A stretch of DNA of 64,000 bases from Torpedo marmorata (lineage: Eukaryota). The stretch lies in NCBI GenBank assembly GCA_977017645.1, contig OZ360236.1:39370001-39434000 (forward strand), in the 5' to 3' direction. A model generated the notes under the pieces. The model was not told the origin of the DNA. It saw nothing but the letters and a program-made list of their open reading frames with translations, and ran no database searches. Below, piece by piece: positions 12,890 through 25,634 of this stretch (position 1 is its first letter; the number at the start of each line of letters is the position of its first letter). The position numbers and the translations under genes were made by a program.

Positions 12890-12992
12890 GAGTACTTTAA
12901 GCGTTACCCTGGAACAAGCAGTCATTTTGGCACGAAGCCATGGACTTTTACCCAGATGCATCATGCAGGCCACAGATATTATGAGAAAACAG
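12890..12992 (+). CDS. PREX1: PREX1 coding exon: [34 protein letters not shown]
   Basis: tttgcacag acceptor, cag|gtaaa donor; near-identical to remembered PREX1 [34 protein letters not shown]. Confidence 0.95.
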
Positions 12993-13098
12993 GTAAAACC
13001 TTCAAATATTGACTACATGGACCCAAATTCTTAAGTTCCAAATGTATGCAGCCAAGTTACCATAATCTGAGAGCATGGAATTGTTTTTAATTCTTCAG

Positions 13099-13166
13099 GG
13101 TGCAAGAGTGGAGAACTCTGCCAAAAATTTAAAGGTAATGGATCAGATGCCACAGTCTGTACCGAG
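13099..13166 (+). CDS. PREX1: PREX1 coding exon: GARVENSAKNLKVMDQMPQSVP(R)
   Basis: ttcttcag acceptor after a 106-nt intron, ag|gtaag donor; in frame. Confidence 0.94.
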
Positions 13167-13561
13167 GTAAGTTATAAATCTGTATGTTGCTGTACTTGTG
13201 TGTGAGATTTAGCAGTTATGCCAGTGATTCCCTCAGTTTCAGCCAGGACTAAGAAGATGAGTATTCAGCATGTTTACATATACTGGTAGTTAGTTATTGG
13301 GAATGTTAAATATTTCAAGTGACAGACAGGATTTTAAATATTTTAAAGTGCTATTTCCTGCCAAGTCCTTGAACCCATTGTTGCCCCCCAAGTATGTGTT
13401 TTATTTCCTTCAACCACTTAATCCACTTCAATCACATTTACGCTCTTACTACAACACTGTAATCCCCCTTAGCAAAGGCTGAAACAACTATTGGCTTTGT
13501 AATCATGATAAACTATCCCACCTCAAACCTCTGGTCAGAGAATGGTTCTCCTCTAGGTCAA

Positions 13562-13779
13562 AGTGAAGCACGAAAGTCTGCAGACACTGTGATTATAGTA
13601 AAATCACACAAAAATGCTGAAGGAACTCAGCCGGTCCCGCAGCATCTTTAGGAGGTGAAGATATATTACTGATGTTTTGGGCCCGAGGCTCAGGCCCGAA
13701 ACATCGATAATATATCTTTACCTCCTATGGATGCTGCGAGACTGACTGGGTTCCTCCAGCATTTCTGTGTGATTTTACT
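13562..13779. mobile_element. Short palindromic Penelope-terminus element
   Basis: Arms ~13597-13685 and ~13691-13779 are reverse complements; flanked by ctcctctaggt / ctcctccaggt. Confidence 0.75.
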
Positions 13780-14532
13780 CCTCCAGGTGGAGCAAAGTTA
13801 ATATTGGAAACTCAAAGAATAGATCATTGACTCGTTCCTACTTTTGACAAGATACCATTCAACTACTGTACATCCATTCAAAGAAAAGACACAGGTGCTA
13901 TATATATGCTGAAGATTCCCAGTTCTGTCTCCCTGTCACTTTCTCACACCATTCAGTCTCTGATTTATCACACATTCTGTTTAAAAGAGCAGCATTATTC
14001 TTCAGTCAAAGGAAGATAGCAATTGTTCTTAGTTTTATGAATCAATTTTGTTTTTGTTGTTTGGTGATCAATTCTGTTGCAACATGAAATAGAGCCACAG
14101 CATTCACAAATTTCTTCATTCTGAGGAAAGCTTTTGACCGTGTTGAAAGTCAACTATGTTGGTCATCTCGTGGATCATTTTCTGTCTAAGGCTCATCCAT
14201 TTGCAAGTTATCTTTGATCTTGTTTATTCCAGGGCACTCCTCCTGATCAGCGATGCTCTGAGTTTGAACTCATCAGTCTGTGCTCTACCTTTCAGTGTCC
14301 ACCACACTGTGCTCAAAGATCTACTTTAGCAATTCCTCAGTCTTTGGTCTGAAATATTCCACTGCTTCTACCACTTGCTCTGAACCTAAAGCCTGATGCT
14401 TTACTTCTGGCCTATTCTACGCACTTATTTTCATCATTCGTGAATCTTTTCTCAGCTATCTGACTCACACAAAAAAATCAGTTTTGTCTCTGACCCACAC
14501 GTATTTCTTTTGAATACAAATTCTCTCTCTTG

Positions 14533-15381
14533 TGTTACAAATTCAAACCAGCAACGACAGAAGACACAATGCAAAAGCGGTAAAATTGAAATTTATATTT
14601 ATTAAAGACAATTAAACTGATAATTTCACAACAATTAACCCCACTACAAATGTCTATAAACACTATTCTTATGTAAAATTGTGTGTGTGTGTAAAGCCCA
14701 GACCATTACAATCTGTGCCCAACCCTCATGTAAAAATGGAAAACCTTCCCCAAAACCCCAGGTCAGTCATAAAAATAAGTCAGTCCCAAAAATACAGTCC
14801 ACAAAAATCACTCTCTATGTTCAGGGTCCAAATTCAGCTCTGTGTGCTGGCACGAAGGACTTCTTAATGAACGTTGGAGAGAGAGACAATGACTGTTTAA
14901 GCTTACGAATGCTTGGCCTGCTTTTCTTCTCTGATGACTTTCCCTTTTGGTAGGTACATGAGGATTGCGACTCCAAATCAGTTTTGATTGAGGCGTATAC
15001 TTGGATCTCACAACCTGTCTCGCTGATCTCACGCCTGTTCTTCACGAAAGTTGTTTCAACTCAGGATTTTGCTGATACAGGAGGCTGTGCTATTCTCCCA
15101 GCCTTTTCTCCTGGGATGCACAAGCCTGGATTTGGCTGTGTTGTTCCAGCCTCTTGCAACTCCAAAAACTGAATCTGAATGCTTTTTGCAGAGGTTTGCA
15201 CCTGCTTTTGCAAAAGTGCAACAAAGTATCTTTCCACAGCCTGTCTCTCTCTCTCTCTCTGAGTACACCCAGTCCTGGGCAAGTTAACTCTTTCAGTACC
15301 TGGTCCCAGTGTGTACTCCAAAAGACTTCATCCTTCCTGCTGACCGTCCGCTTTCCAAATGGTCAGTCATGGTCCATAACA
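14533..15381 (-). mobile_element. Solo LTR (Gypsy-like), copy 1
   Basis: TGTTA...TAACA termini, 4-bp TSD CTTG; homologous to 45253-46130. Confidence 0.88.
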
Positions 15382-16267
15382 CTTGTGTTTTGGTCCCATG
15401 GTTCAGTATTTGATGCTGTGATTTGACACAATGAATAATAGTTAAAAATGACAACTTGAACATTTGGAATGCAAAGCCAAAGCACACTTTTAAATGAAAT
15501 TGATTACTAGGTATGGAACTAAACTAGCATAAGCATAAATGTATTTTTATTTGATTCCAGTATAGAATATAGCATGACCAGCTAAAGTAACAATCCAGAT
15601 CTGTTCATGTAAATCTGCAAAGATGGGCAGGCAGCATTTAAGGAGTCTGAAATGCATAAAAAGTCCAAGTCTTGGTAGTTTAGTCAGCTAATATTGTCGT
15701 GTCTACAGCCTGTGAGATATGGGAAGAAATAGTATTTATCATTGTCATTGAAGATATACATTATGGAATGCTTCATTTGGAAAAAAATGTTTCATTAAAA
15801 ATGAGTTAAGCTGGGTTTGCTTGCATGTGTAAAGAAAATGTCCATTTATTTTGAATATCTAATGCAAATCTAATTTATTCTCATTCCAACAGTATAAAAA
15901 AAATTGTGAGGTAGGATTTGTTGGGTCAGGGATGAAGAACCACTTTGGTGTTAGCATATTTGCGATTTAAGAGTTGATATTTCCATTTGCAACATGGGTA
16001 ATCACACATTAGCAGTCAGAGGGAATAGAAAATCATCGGGGTGCAAAATAGATTCATGATTCAGTGGTTTCATTCCAATATCATAGCAGTTTCTTCCTTG
16101 ATTTACTCAGTGTACTTTGTTAATAAACTGGGGTATGTGTAAGGCTCGAAATCCCAAAGCTATCTTTTCCTCCCATAAAGAATATTGAGAAAATCAATTC
16201 CTGTTATTTTTCTTCATTTGGAAAAACAATGGTTGTAAATGTACAATTCCTTTCAATGTTCCCCTAG

Positions 16268-16310
16268 GCTCTACCGTCTTTGTCAACCACCACCGGATGG
16301 AGACTTATGA
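16268..16310 (+). CDS. PREX1: PREX1 terminal coding exon: LYRLCQPPPDGDL*
   Basis: cccctag acceptor; TGA at 16308-16310; C-terminus matches PREX1 LYRLCQPPVDGDL, not PREX2 LYKLCEPPPPAGEE. Confidence 0.95.
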
Positions 16311-19300
16311 AATTGCATTATAATGGCTTCCTGATACTTCGAAGAGTTAGAGCTGCTGGGATGTCATCGATTTATGGTGTCTGTATTTTGTTAAATAAAA
16401 AATGACGTATCTCTATTCTATGTATGCACAATAATACAATGGCAATGTCACAAGCTGCACAGGTCTCTTGTGTCTGTGCATATTTCCATTTATCTTGACC
16501 CCATCTGCCATGGATGTGTATCTATGTTAACTTGTATAACAGCTATTGAAAAGAACAACATCTTTGTGGATGATGGCATGCATAAGAAATTCAGATTTTG
16601 CTCACTAACATCAATAGAGTGTTAATGTGTGGGAGCACATATTACCCCTGTCATGCATCATTTTCTCTTTGCCCCACTCACCGTGTGTTGGAATTCTGGA
16701 AATTGTTTGCATCTCAAATGCGGACACTTTTTACAATGCCAAAAACACTGCATACTGAAATGAAAACAGAATGTTGTGTCAATCAGTTTCTGAATTAGCT
16801 AGACAAAACTCCAGCTACTTTTGCTGTTTTGCAAGTACCTGCTACTTAATGTACACATGCATCCATCTGAAATATTATCCACACAGCTATATATTGTGTA
16901 GCTGCAACAATACCATTGTTTTTACTATAGTAGTGATGCATCTTACTACTGATTCATACTTTAATCAAAATAATTAAAACTTCCTTAACTATAAGCTTTA
17001 GCTTAGGCTGTAAGCTTTTCTAAGGCTGCAGGATGGAATGCTATCTGAAATTGCCTGAATTGTGTACATTCTTCTGCGGAACCAATACTTTAATCGTCCA
17101 CTTAGCTTCCAATACTAGACTATCAGTTCTGTATAGAATTATAATTAAATCATATAACAAAACCTCTCCAGTTTACAAAACCACCTCGGTTGTGTTTCAC
17201 ACATGTTGCCTGAAATCTGAAGAATTTCACTTGTAAGTTTACATACGACAGCACTGACCACTGGTATTTTGACAGTCTTATTGATTGGACCTTTCTTGTC
17301 ATGGCTGATAATGGCATTTATTTTTTTTCATTAAACAAGAATAAGAAAGATCACCAATATTAAACCATTTACATTTTAATTTAAGCTTTTTGTGACAAAA
17401 GATGAACAGGTGACTTTTCTTGAAAAATACAATAGAGCATTTTGTGTTTACCTCCAAGAATAAATCTTGAATCCTTCTTAAGGAGAATAAAACTGTTGAA
17501 CTAATGCAGGAAGAATTGGAGCCATGCCCTTGAAAGGGGAAAAAGGCAGGCGATATTATTTTACCAAGAGTACATGTCAGAGTTTTTCATTGGAATTATA
17601 AAAAGACTGTTTGATTTGTTCCAAATTGTTTTGCGACTCAAATAAGTCAGGATACTTGTAAGAATTTTGGTTTTAGTACTAACTTTAAAAACATTTCTGT
17701 GGTACATTTGCACATTGGATATGTGCTGAAGCAGTTGTCTCAGGGCAAATTTGCATTTTGAAGCCCTTTAATCAATCCTTGAAACGCAAGCTCCTAAAAT
17801 TCAGTCGCTTTTGCTTCTTGTTCAGTGTTAACATGGTAAATATTTTATCACATTTAATCTATTTTTTACAATGTAAAGTATCTTCAGTTGCATTTGTTTT
17901 AAAAGTATGCTGAACATTTGATGGGTGGATGGATGGCAAATTAATGTACTTTGTTCATGTTTTAAATTTTGAAGTTGAAAGTTTTGATTTACAATTGTGA
18001 TTAGTTGAGGGAAGTGAGATTAACTGCATTTAATTCTGGCTCGGACCTCCCATTTTCTAATGTTATTTGAGTTCAATCCATTCATACTGTGGAGTGTCTG
18101 TAATCTAGAAAATAGACAATTTATCCTCTTCATTTTCACTGAAACAGTTCAAATTGTAAGAGTAATACACAGCTGACCCAAAGGATTGAGTGAAATGTTT
18201 GGCTCAGTTGATTTAAATTTTAGTTCCTTAGATACCAGCCCACTTTTTTCAATATAAGCTTTATATTGAAGTAGTTTATTCTAGTCCAGGTTCCTGGTAA
18301 CTTGCTTCTGTATAATTTTAACTATGGAAATTGACAGACAACTTCGTGACACTGTACATATGTAATAGTGCAATATTTCACTTATTTTTTCCTTTCTTAA
18401 CCCCCTTCCACTTTCTTGAAGATTCTTGCTGTGGGTGAATAGGTGTCAGCAGCCATTTCACCTGATGCAAATGGTCATTCCTTGGTTGTGAACTAAATGG
18501 GGAATGCTGCCAGACTAATTTATCTTGGTGCTATCTCATGCATATCTTACACCAGAGCTACTGGACAGAAATACTTACTTTTTCCCATCAGTGCATATTT
18601 TAATATTGCCTTTTATAGACTGGGGTTGGACACTGGACTGTACATTTTAGATTTTTTCAACTTAAATCAGTAAAGAAATAACAAACTTTTTTAGCTCTGA
18701 TTTGTGTTTTTCTTGTTACACTTTTTTTTTCCCTTGGTTTAATGTATACCAGATTAAAACTTCAATTTTTTAAAGACATTTTAAAATTTCCTCTTGCTGT
18801 GTATGTTGGCAGTGTCACATGCATTGAAGTTGTGTCTGTAACTCTGAATTAACAATTTGCATGTATTCAGCAGAAAAAGAATCAGCCAGTGACTCTGGAT
18901 CCCAAATAGTAATCCACATTTTAAATAAAATGTCTGTAAAATCGCAAAATTGTGAATATAGTGACACACTCAATTTTAAAATGTTTAATACTGCTCAGAG
19001 CTTTGTGTAGTTATTCCGCATCTTGTCTAATCCACGTTCACTAGGAAGCAGCAATTGTGTTAAACATTGATGCAATTCTGTTTCACTTGAAGTCCGAGAG
19101 TGTCCTAAATAGATTGCACCTCTTGTGTGGAAGTTGTCAATTCACAGACTTGTAAAACTAAGACAATCATTGTGCTTGATTTAGATGAAGGAAAGTACCA
19201 GGTCCTTAACAGTTAATGCCATTACCAGTGCAATACTTTTATCATGCCGTAAGGAAGAGGTGCACTTTCATCCAGTGACTTAATAAAATTTGACACAAGG

Positions 19301-19470
19301 CCATTGTTGTGTATAATGGTAGAAACCATTGTTTTGCTCATGTAAATATGGTAGATTTATGATGTAGTTTTTCTTTAATTCTACATTGTACAGAAGTTTG
19401 ATTAATGTTATTTTATTGAAATAGTAAGTTTAACCTGATAGGCAATAAATTTTTATTTACGTTTTACAAA
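16311..19470 (+). other. PREX1: Putative PREX1 3' UTR with candidate polyadenylation signals
   Basis: AT-rich stretch after the stop with no TE I can recognise; AATAAA near 16394, 17459, 18925, 19282 and 19444; the true end cannot be fixed from DNA. Confidence 0.55.
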
Positions 19471-19899
19471 TTGTCTGCCTTAATTTTTTTAAATTTAGTG
19501 ATTGAACCACAAAGTATTGGTAGCCAGAACTTTCTATCTTGAACATGTTACTTGACCACAACTGAGGATGATTTCCATTCAGATGTCTGAATGAGAAAAT
19601 CTCTTTTTGTTTGACAAATTCATGTAAATTATTGCTGTTTTCATGTTGCTGGATGTTAGAATGGCTGTCCCATCAAGGGCAGATAAGTTTGGGCATGAAG
19701 GATGTAGACAAGTTGCAGGTAGACCTTGGTCCTATTTCACTGAGGAACACTGAATTTCATGACTTGTTCATGACAATAAATTCTGATTCTGATTTCTCAC
19801 TGAGCTTCATGAGACAAATTAGGAATATATAATTCAAGAACTCCAATTATTCATCTGCGGGAGTTTAACTTTCTACTCATACAATCCACCAGTCTGATT

Positions 19900-20096
19900 T
19901 TTATATTTAAACATATATGGTAACAGGCCCTTCCGGCCCATGAGCCCGTGTACCCCAAATACACCAATTAACCTACAAACCCTGTACGTTTTTGAAGGGA
20001 AGGAGGAAACCCACGCAGACATGGGGAGAATGTACAAACTCCTTACTGACAGCGCCGGATTCGAACCTGGGTCGCTGGATCTGTAATAGCGTTGCG
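19900..20096 (-). mobile_element. V-SINE (HE1-like)
   Basis: Box B GGTTCGAATCC and V-domain on the minus strand. Confidence 0.8.
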
Positions 20097-21067
20097 AGGT
20101 GTGAGGGGTCAACCAAGATATTTGACATAGCCCACTTTCTAAAATGGTAAAAAAACAGTAGTCTGCTGTGTACATCAGTGCTTTGTTTAACTTTCAGATT
20201 GCTAGCATCTCAATTTTAATTAAAAGTTGAAGTAATTTAAAAGTTCTGGAGGTTGGTAGGAAAATTAAAAGGATTATCTGCAGTGGATTGTCATACAGTC
20301 ACCAAACAAGTATTAAAGTCTGTGTGGTGGGAGGGTGTAGTGGGTAATACAGTATTATGATTGTATAACATTTATTTCATGCGAATTACAGTATGTTTTT
20401 TTTTGTATCAATTCACTGCTGATTAACAGACTCATAAACCTGCCACAAATTTATAATTTTAATGTTTGACGAACATCTTCCTGTAAAGAGCATAATTAAC
20501 TGTTCATCTGTGTTTGGTTGTCAATAATCCTCTTGTCCCCACTGTTATGAACTCACATCAGGTTAAAGTACCATCATGCTGCCTCTTAGAAAAATGTTGG
20601 TGAGAGAATTATTTGTAGCTCCAAAGGGACAAAAGATTTTTTATTTACATTTTGAAAATTGTCTGCCTTTATTTAATAATTAAATGACAAAGCAATTGCA
20701 GCCAAAATAATGGGAGGATGCTTTTGCATAAATGCAGATCAGCAGCAAATAAATGGTGCTCTTCACTGATCTCCTTAAAATCCTCATCTCCACGAAGGGA
20801 CCTGACCTGAAATGTTGACTGTTCAGTTCTTTCCATGGATGCTGAGTCACTCCAGCTCCTCACTGTTGCACAAGATTCCAGCATTTGCAGCCTTGTTTTA
20901 CTTTAAAAAGCTTCCCTCTTAGATGTGGTGTCATAGTTTTCCTCCACTGAAGTGAATCTCAACTTTGATTCACCCATGGACAACTTTCAGTATTTCTTTA
21001 CTTACCATGGACCACGTATATTAATTGGACTCCGTGTCCTGGTTTTCAGGGACTACCAACAAGCGCG

Positions 21068-24000
21068 AATCAGAAACAGAATTTATTGTCATGAACAAGT
21101 CATGAAATTCGGTGTTTTGCGGCAGCATCATAGTGCAATTAACATTCATATTAACCATCTTACGACATTACTATAAAAAATTCTAAACAATAGTGCAGAA
21201 AAGTAAGGCAGTGTCTTTGGTTCATTGATTATTCAGGAATCTGATGGCAGCGGGGAAGAAGCTGTCCTTGTGCCGTTGAGTGCTCGTCTTTAGGCTCCTG
21301 TACCTTTTTCCCGATGGAAGCAGAGTGAAGAGGGCATGGCCTGGGTGGTGGGGGTCTTTGAGGACAGAGGCTGCTTTTTTAAGACACCGCCTCATGTAAA
21401 TGTCCTCGATGGAGTGAAGTTTGGTGCCTGTGATGTCACAGGCCGAGTTAACAACCCTCTGAAGTTTACTCTTGTCCTGGGAGTTGGCGCCTCCATACCA
21501 GGCAGTGATGCAACCAGCCAGAATGCTCTCCACGGTACACCTGTAGACGTTTACGAGAGTCTTTGGTGACATACCGAATCTCTGCAGACATCTCACAAAG
21601 TATAGCCGCTGACGAGCCTTCTTTGTGATTGCATCAACGTGGATGCTCCAGGACAGATCCTTGGAGATGTTGACACCCAGGAATTTGAAGTTCTTGACCC
21701 TCTCCACTCCTGAGCCCTCGATGAGGACTGGGTCGTGTTCCCCTGACTTCCTCCTGAGTCCACAATCATCTCCTTGGTTTTGCTGACGTTGAGCTCAAGG
21801 TTGTTGCCATTACACCATTCAATGAGCTGATCTATCTCTCTCCTGTACGCTTCCTCATTGCCGTTTGTGATTCTGCCGACAACTGTGGTGTCATCGGCAA
21901 ACTTGTAGATGGCATTGGAATTGTGCCTGGCCACACAGTCATGGGTGTATAACGAGTAGAGCAGTGGACTAAGCATGCATCCTTGGGGTGCGCCTGTGTT
22001 GATAATCAGTGAGGAGGAGACGTTGTTTCCAATTCGTACTGACTGTGGTCTTCCGATGAGAAAGTCAAGAATCCAGTTGCAGAGTGGGGTACAGAGGCCA
22101 AGAGTTTGTAGCTTCTTGACCAGCACTGATGGAATAATGGTATTGAAGGCTGAGCTGTAGTTGATGAAGAGCAGCCGTATGTATGAATTGCTGTTTTCGA
22201 GGTGATCCAGAGCTGAGTGGAGAGCCAGCGATATTGCATCTGCTGTGGAGTGATTGTGACGATAGGCGAATTTTGCTTAGATATGTGTTAATTCTGGCCA
22301 TGACCAGCCTCTCAAAGCATTTCATCACAGTAGAAGTTAGTGCTACTGGGCGGTAGTCGTTGAGGCAGCCCACACTACTCTTCTTGGGTACCGGGATGAT
22401 TGATGCCCTTTTGAAGCAGGTGGGAACCTCTGACTGCCGCAATGAGAGGTTGAAAATATCCGTGAACACTCCGGCTAGTTGGTTGGCGCAGATTTTCAGT
22501 ACCCTGCCAGGTACGCCGTCAGGGCCTGATGCCTTGCGAGGGTTCACCCTCTTGAATGATGTTCTGACGTCGCCCTCAGAGACAGATATCACAGGGTCCT
22601 CAGCCTTTTCAGGGATTCTAGTAGGCACTGTTTTGTTCTTCTTCTCAAAGCAGGCATAGAAGGTGTTCAGCTCATCGGGTAGTGAAGCATCACAGCCGTC
22701 TATAGTGTTTGCCCTCGCTTTGTAGGCTGTAATGGCCTGCACTCCCTGCCATAGCTGGCGTGTATCTGTCTCTGTCTCTAGCTTCCTCCGGAATTGCCAC
22801 TTTGCTTCAGAGATGGCCTTCCGCAGGTCGTGCCTGGACTTCTTGTAAAGATCCCGGTCCCCGGCCTTAAACACCCTTGTTCTCGTCCTCAGCAGGTTGC
22901 GAATTCTCTGACTCATCCAGGGCTTTTGGTTGGGGAACACCCGGTATTTGCGCGTGGGCACACACTCATCCACGCAGGTCTTGATGAAGTCGGTGACACC
23001 TGTTTCATATTCATTTAGGTCTATGGCTGAGTGCTTGAATATGTTCCAGTCCACCGATTCAAAGCAGTCCTGCAGACGCTCCTCCGCCCCCCTCGACCAT
23101 ACTTTCGTCGTCCTCACCACTGGTGCTGTGGTCTTCAGTCTCTGCTTGTACGCCGGGAGTAGAAGTACAGCCAGGTGATCAGACTTGCCGATGTGCGGTT
23201 GTGGTATGGCTCGGTATGCGTTCTTCACGGTGGTGTAGCAGTGGTCGAGTGTGTTGGTTCCCCTGGTCTCGCATGTGATGTGTTGGTGGTAGTTTGTCAG
23301 TGACTTCTTCAGATTGACCTGATTGAAATCTCCCACAATGATCGGGAAGGCATCAGGATGTGCTGTCTCATGGCTGTTTATCTTAGTGCTCAGTCCCTCC
23401 AGTGCCAGCCTGACGTTAGCCTGGGGCGGAATGTACACTGCGACCAGGATGATGGCGGTGAACTCCCTCGGCAGGTAGAATGGGCGACACTTGATCGCCA
23501 GATGTTCCAGGTCGGGGGAGCAGGACTGGGACATGACCGTCACGTCTGTGCACCACGATGAATTGATGATGGCACAAACGCCGCCTCCCCTGGTTTTTCC
23601 AGACGCCGGTGTTCGGTCAGCACGATGGAGGGTGTAGCCCTTGGGCTGCAGCGCCGTGTCCGGAATGTCCGCGTTTAGCCACGTTTCTGTAAAGCACATC
23701 ACGCAGCACTCCCTGATGACTCTCTGATGTTGAAGTCTGGCTTGGAGTTCATCAAGTTTGTTCTCCAAGGATTGTACGTTGGCCAGGAGGATGGTAGGGA
23801 GCGGAAGCTTCAGGTCCCCGCGTCTCAGCTTGACCTGTAGCCCCCCTCTGCGTCCACGTGGTTGGGTCTTCTTTACCTGGCCCGTGGGTCCGCTGCTGGT
23901 AGTTCCCGCAGTGTTTAAACGGTCCATGCGCTGTCCCTTTAAATCCTCCGTGATGTTTAAGTGTGCTGAGTGTCTGTGACTCCTGCGAAGTTTAAATGGC

Positions 24001-24130
24001 CCGTTCTCTGGCTGTTTAAAACTCCCGCGGTGTTGTTGTTGTACTTGCGTGAGTTGTTTAAAGGTCCCACGGCCCAACGGAGACTGCAGATTCTGCCGAT
24101 TCCAAGGTCTGCCAGCGATCTTTGTACATA
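21068..24130 (-). mobile_element. Near full-length Rex1/Babar LINE (APE endonuclease + RT), frameshifted
   Basis: ORF 22065..24077 (LANVQSL, FTETWL, GGGV, GDFN, SDH, PGRVLK, NDYRPVALTS), 21593..22126 (GAPQGC, FADD) and 21222..21707; deletion near 22270 and frameshift near 21757; (TTCTGA)-like tail. Confidence 0.92.
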
Positions 24131-25634
24131 TGCTCTGTGTCCCTGTTTTCTGGGACTGGTTTTATACCCAACCACCAGCTGGTTCATATTGGTGTTCATA
24201 CTGTAGTTTATCCATGGACCCAGTCCGGATTATATATTATGAAAAGTTAAAAATGGCCGGAGTCCAAAGATTTAAACCCATGGACCATCAATTGGTGGGA
24301 GGTGACAGCTCAAACCCCTTCCTAGACCCCTGAGAGTTTTGTTTTCTGGCAAATTCTTTTGATACTGTTTGGATTTCTTGTTGTCAACTTTACAACCTTG
24401 TTTTCTATGTCGCTTGTTTATTTTATCAGTAATATTTGTCTTTGCCACATGGTTGTGGACCACCTGGGGTCTGTGGACCACAGGTTGACAAGTGCTGCTC
24501 TATTGTCAAGTGGCTTTGAATTTGGCACCATCTTCAGGAGATCTTTAATACCCTACTGTAAAGTTATCAAGACAAAAGAGAATCGGGAATAAAAGTACAA
24601 TGCTGGAAAATCTCAAAGTCAAACCATATTTGTGGAGGCAAAAAATAAATGCTGATGTTTCGCGTCAAGAAGCAGCATGGGGACTGAGAGTGAAGAGGAA
24701 AGATTGACAGCATGTAACAGTGTGAGGGAAAGATCGGACAGAGTCTGGAAGGTGATAGGTGGAACCAGATGAAGAGGCGGGTGGTGAGGGATGATGGGCA
24801 GATGGAACCAGATGTAAAATGATGAGGCAGGCTGCTCAATCAATAGAATCTAAGACTTTGTGGATAGCAAAGCAAGAAAGGACGGAGTACAGTTCACATT
24901 TTTTCAGAGAAAACAATAACTGGATGGTAGATATGGTATTAAAGTTGAAGTTTCAAATATGGAAGAATTTTGGGACCAAAGACAAATTATTTAAGGATCA
25001 GTACATCATAGAAATCACAAATATACCTCATTTTTAAAACTTGGCGTTTGTCAATTCTTTACTGCAAGAATGCTATGTAAAAGCTTGAAGTTCACCTCAA
25101 TTTGCTGATTCTGCTTTGATTGCAAGTGTACGCTTGGCAATTCAGATACCTGTCTTTTCTCACTCGTACCTTGAGGAAGGCTCAGGCATGAAATGTCGAT
25201 ATCTTTACCACTTATGGACGCTGCGAGACCGGCTGAGTTCCTCCAGCATTTCTGTGTTTTGACTATAATCACAGCATCTGCAGACTTTCGTGTTTCACTC
25301 CATAGAATATCAGTGACAATGACTTTGAGATTTGCACATGTAACTACAGGTTTGCAAAGATCAGAGCTGTCATGGTAATACTGTGGCGACAATGGGGATT
25401 GACCATAGCCAATTCCCCCATCATCATGGTGCAAAAACCTCTCTGGAGCAGCCACATAAATGGCATTGTTGGTAGAATTTCAGAACTCATTGCGTGAAAG
25501 GATGGTGGGGTAAAAACCCTCATCACATTTTGGCACTTGGAGATGTGCTTCATCTGCTTTTAGGTGCAGGGCAAAAGACTGCAAACTGGCAGGCTGGGTT
25601 CAACTTGATTGCCCTGTTATAACTGGCGTGAAGT

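Noticed and set aside
25300-25553. Protein-like ORFs in the foldback arm (MAAPERFLHHDDGG...)
   Set aside because: The frame is not preserved between the two arms because of indels, and no family is recognisable.
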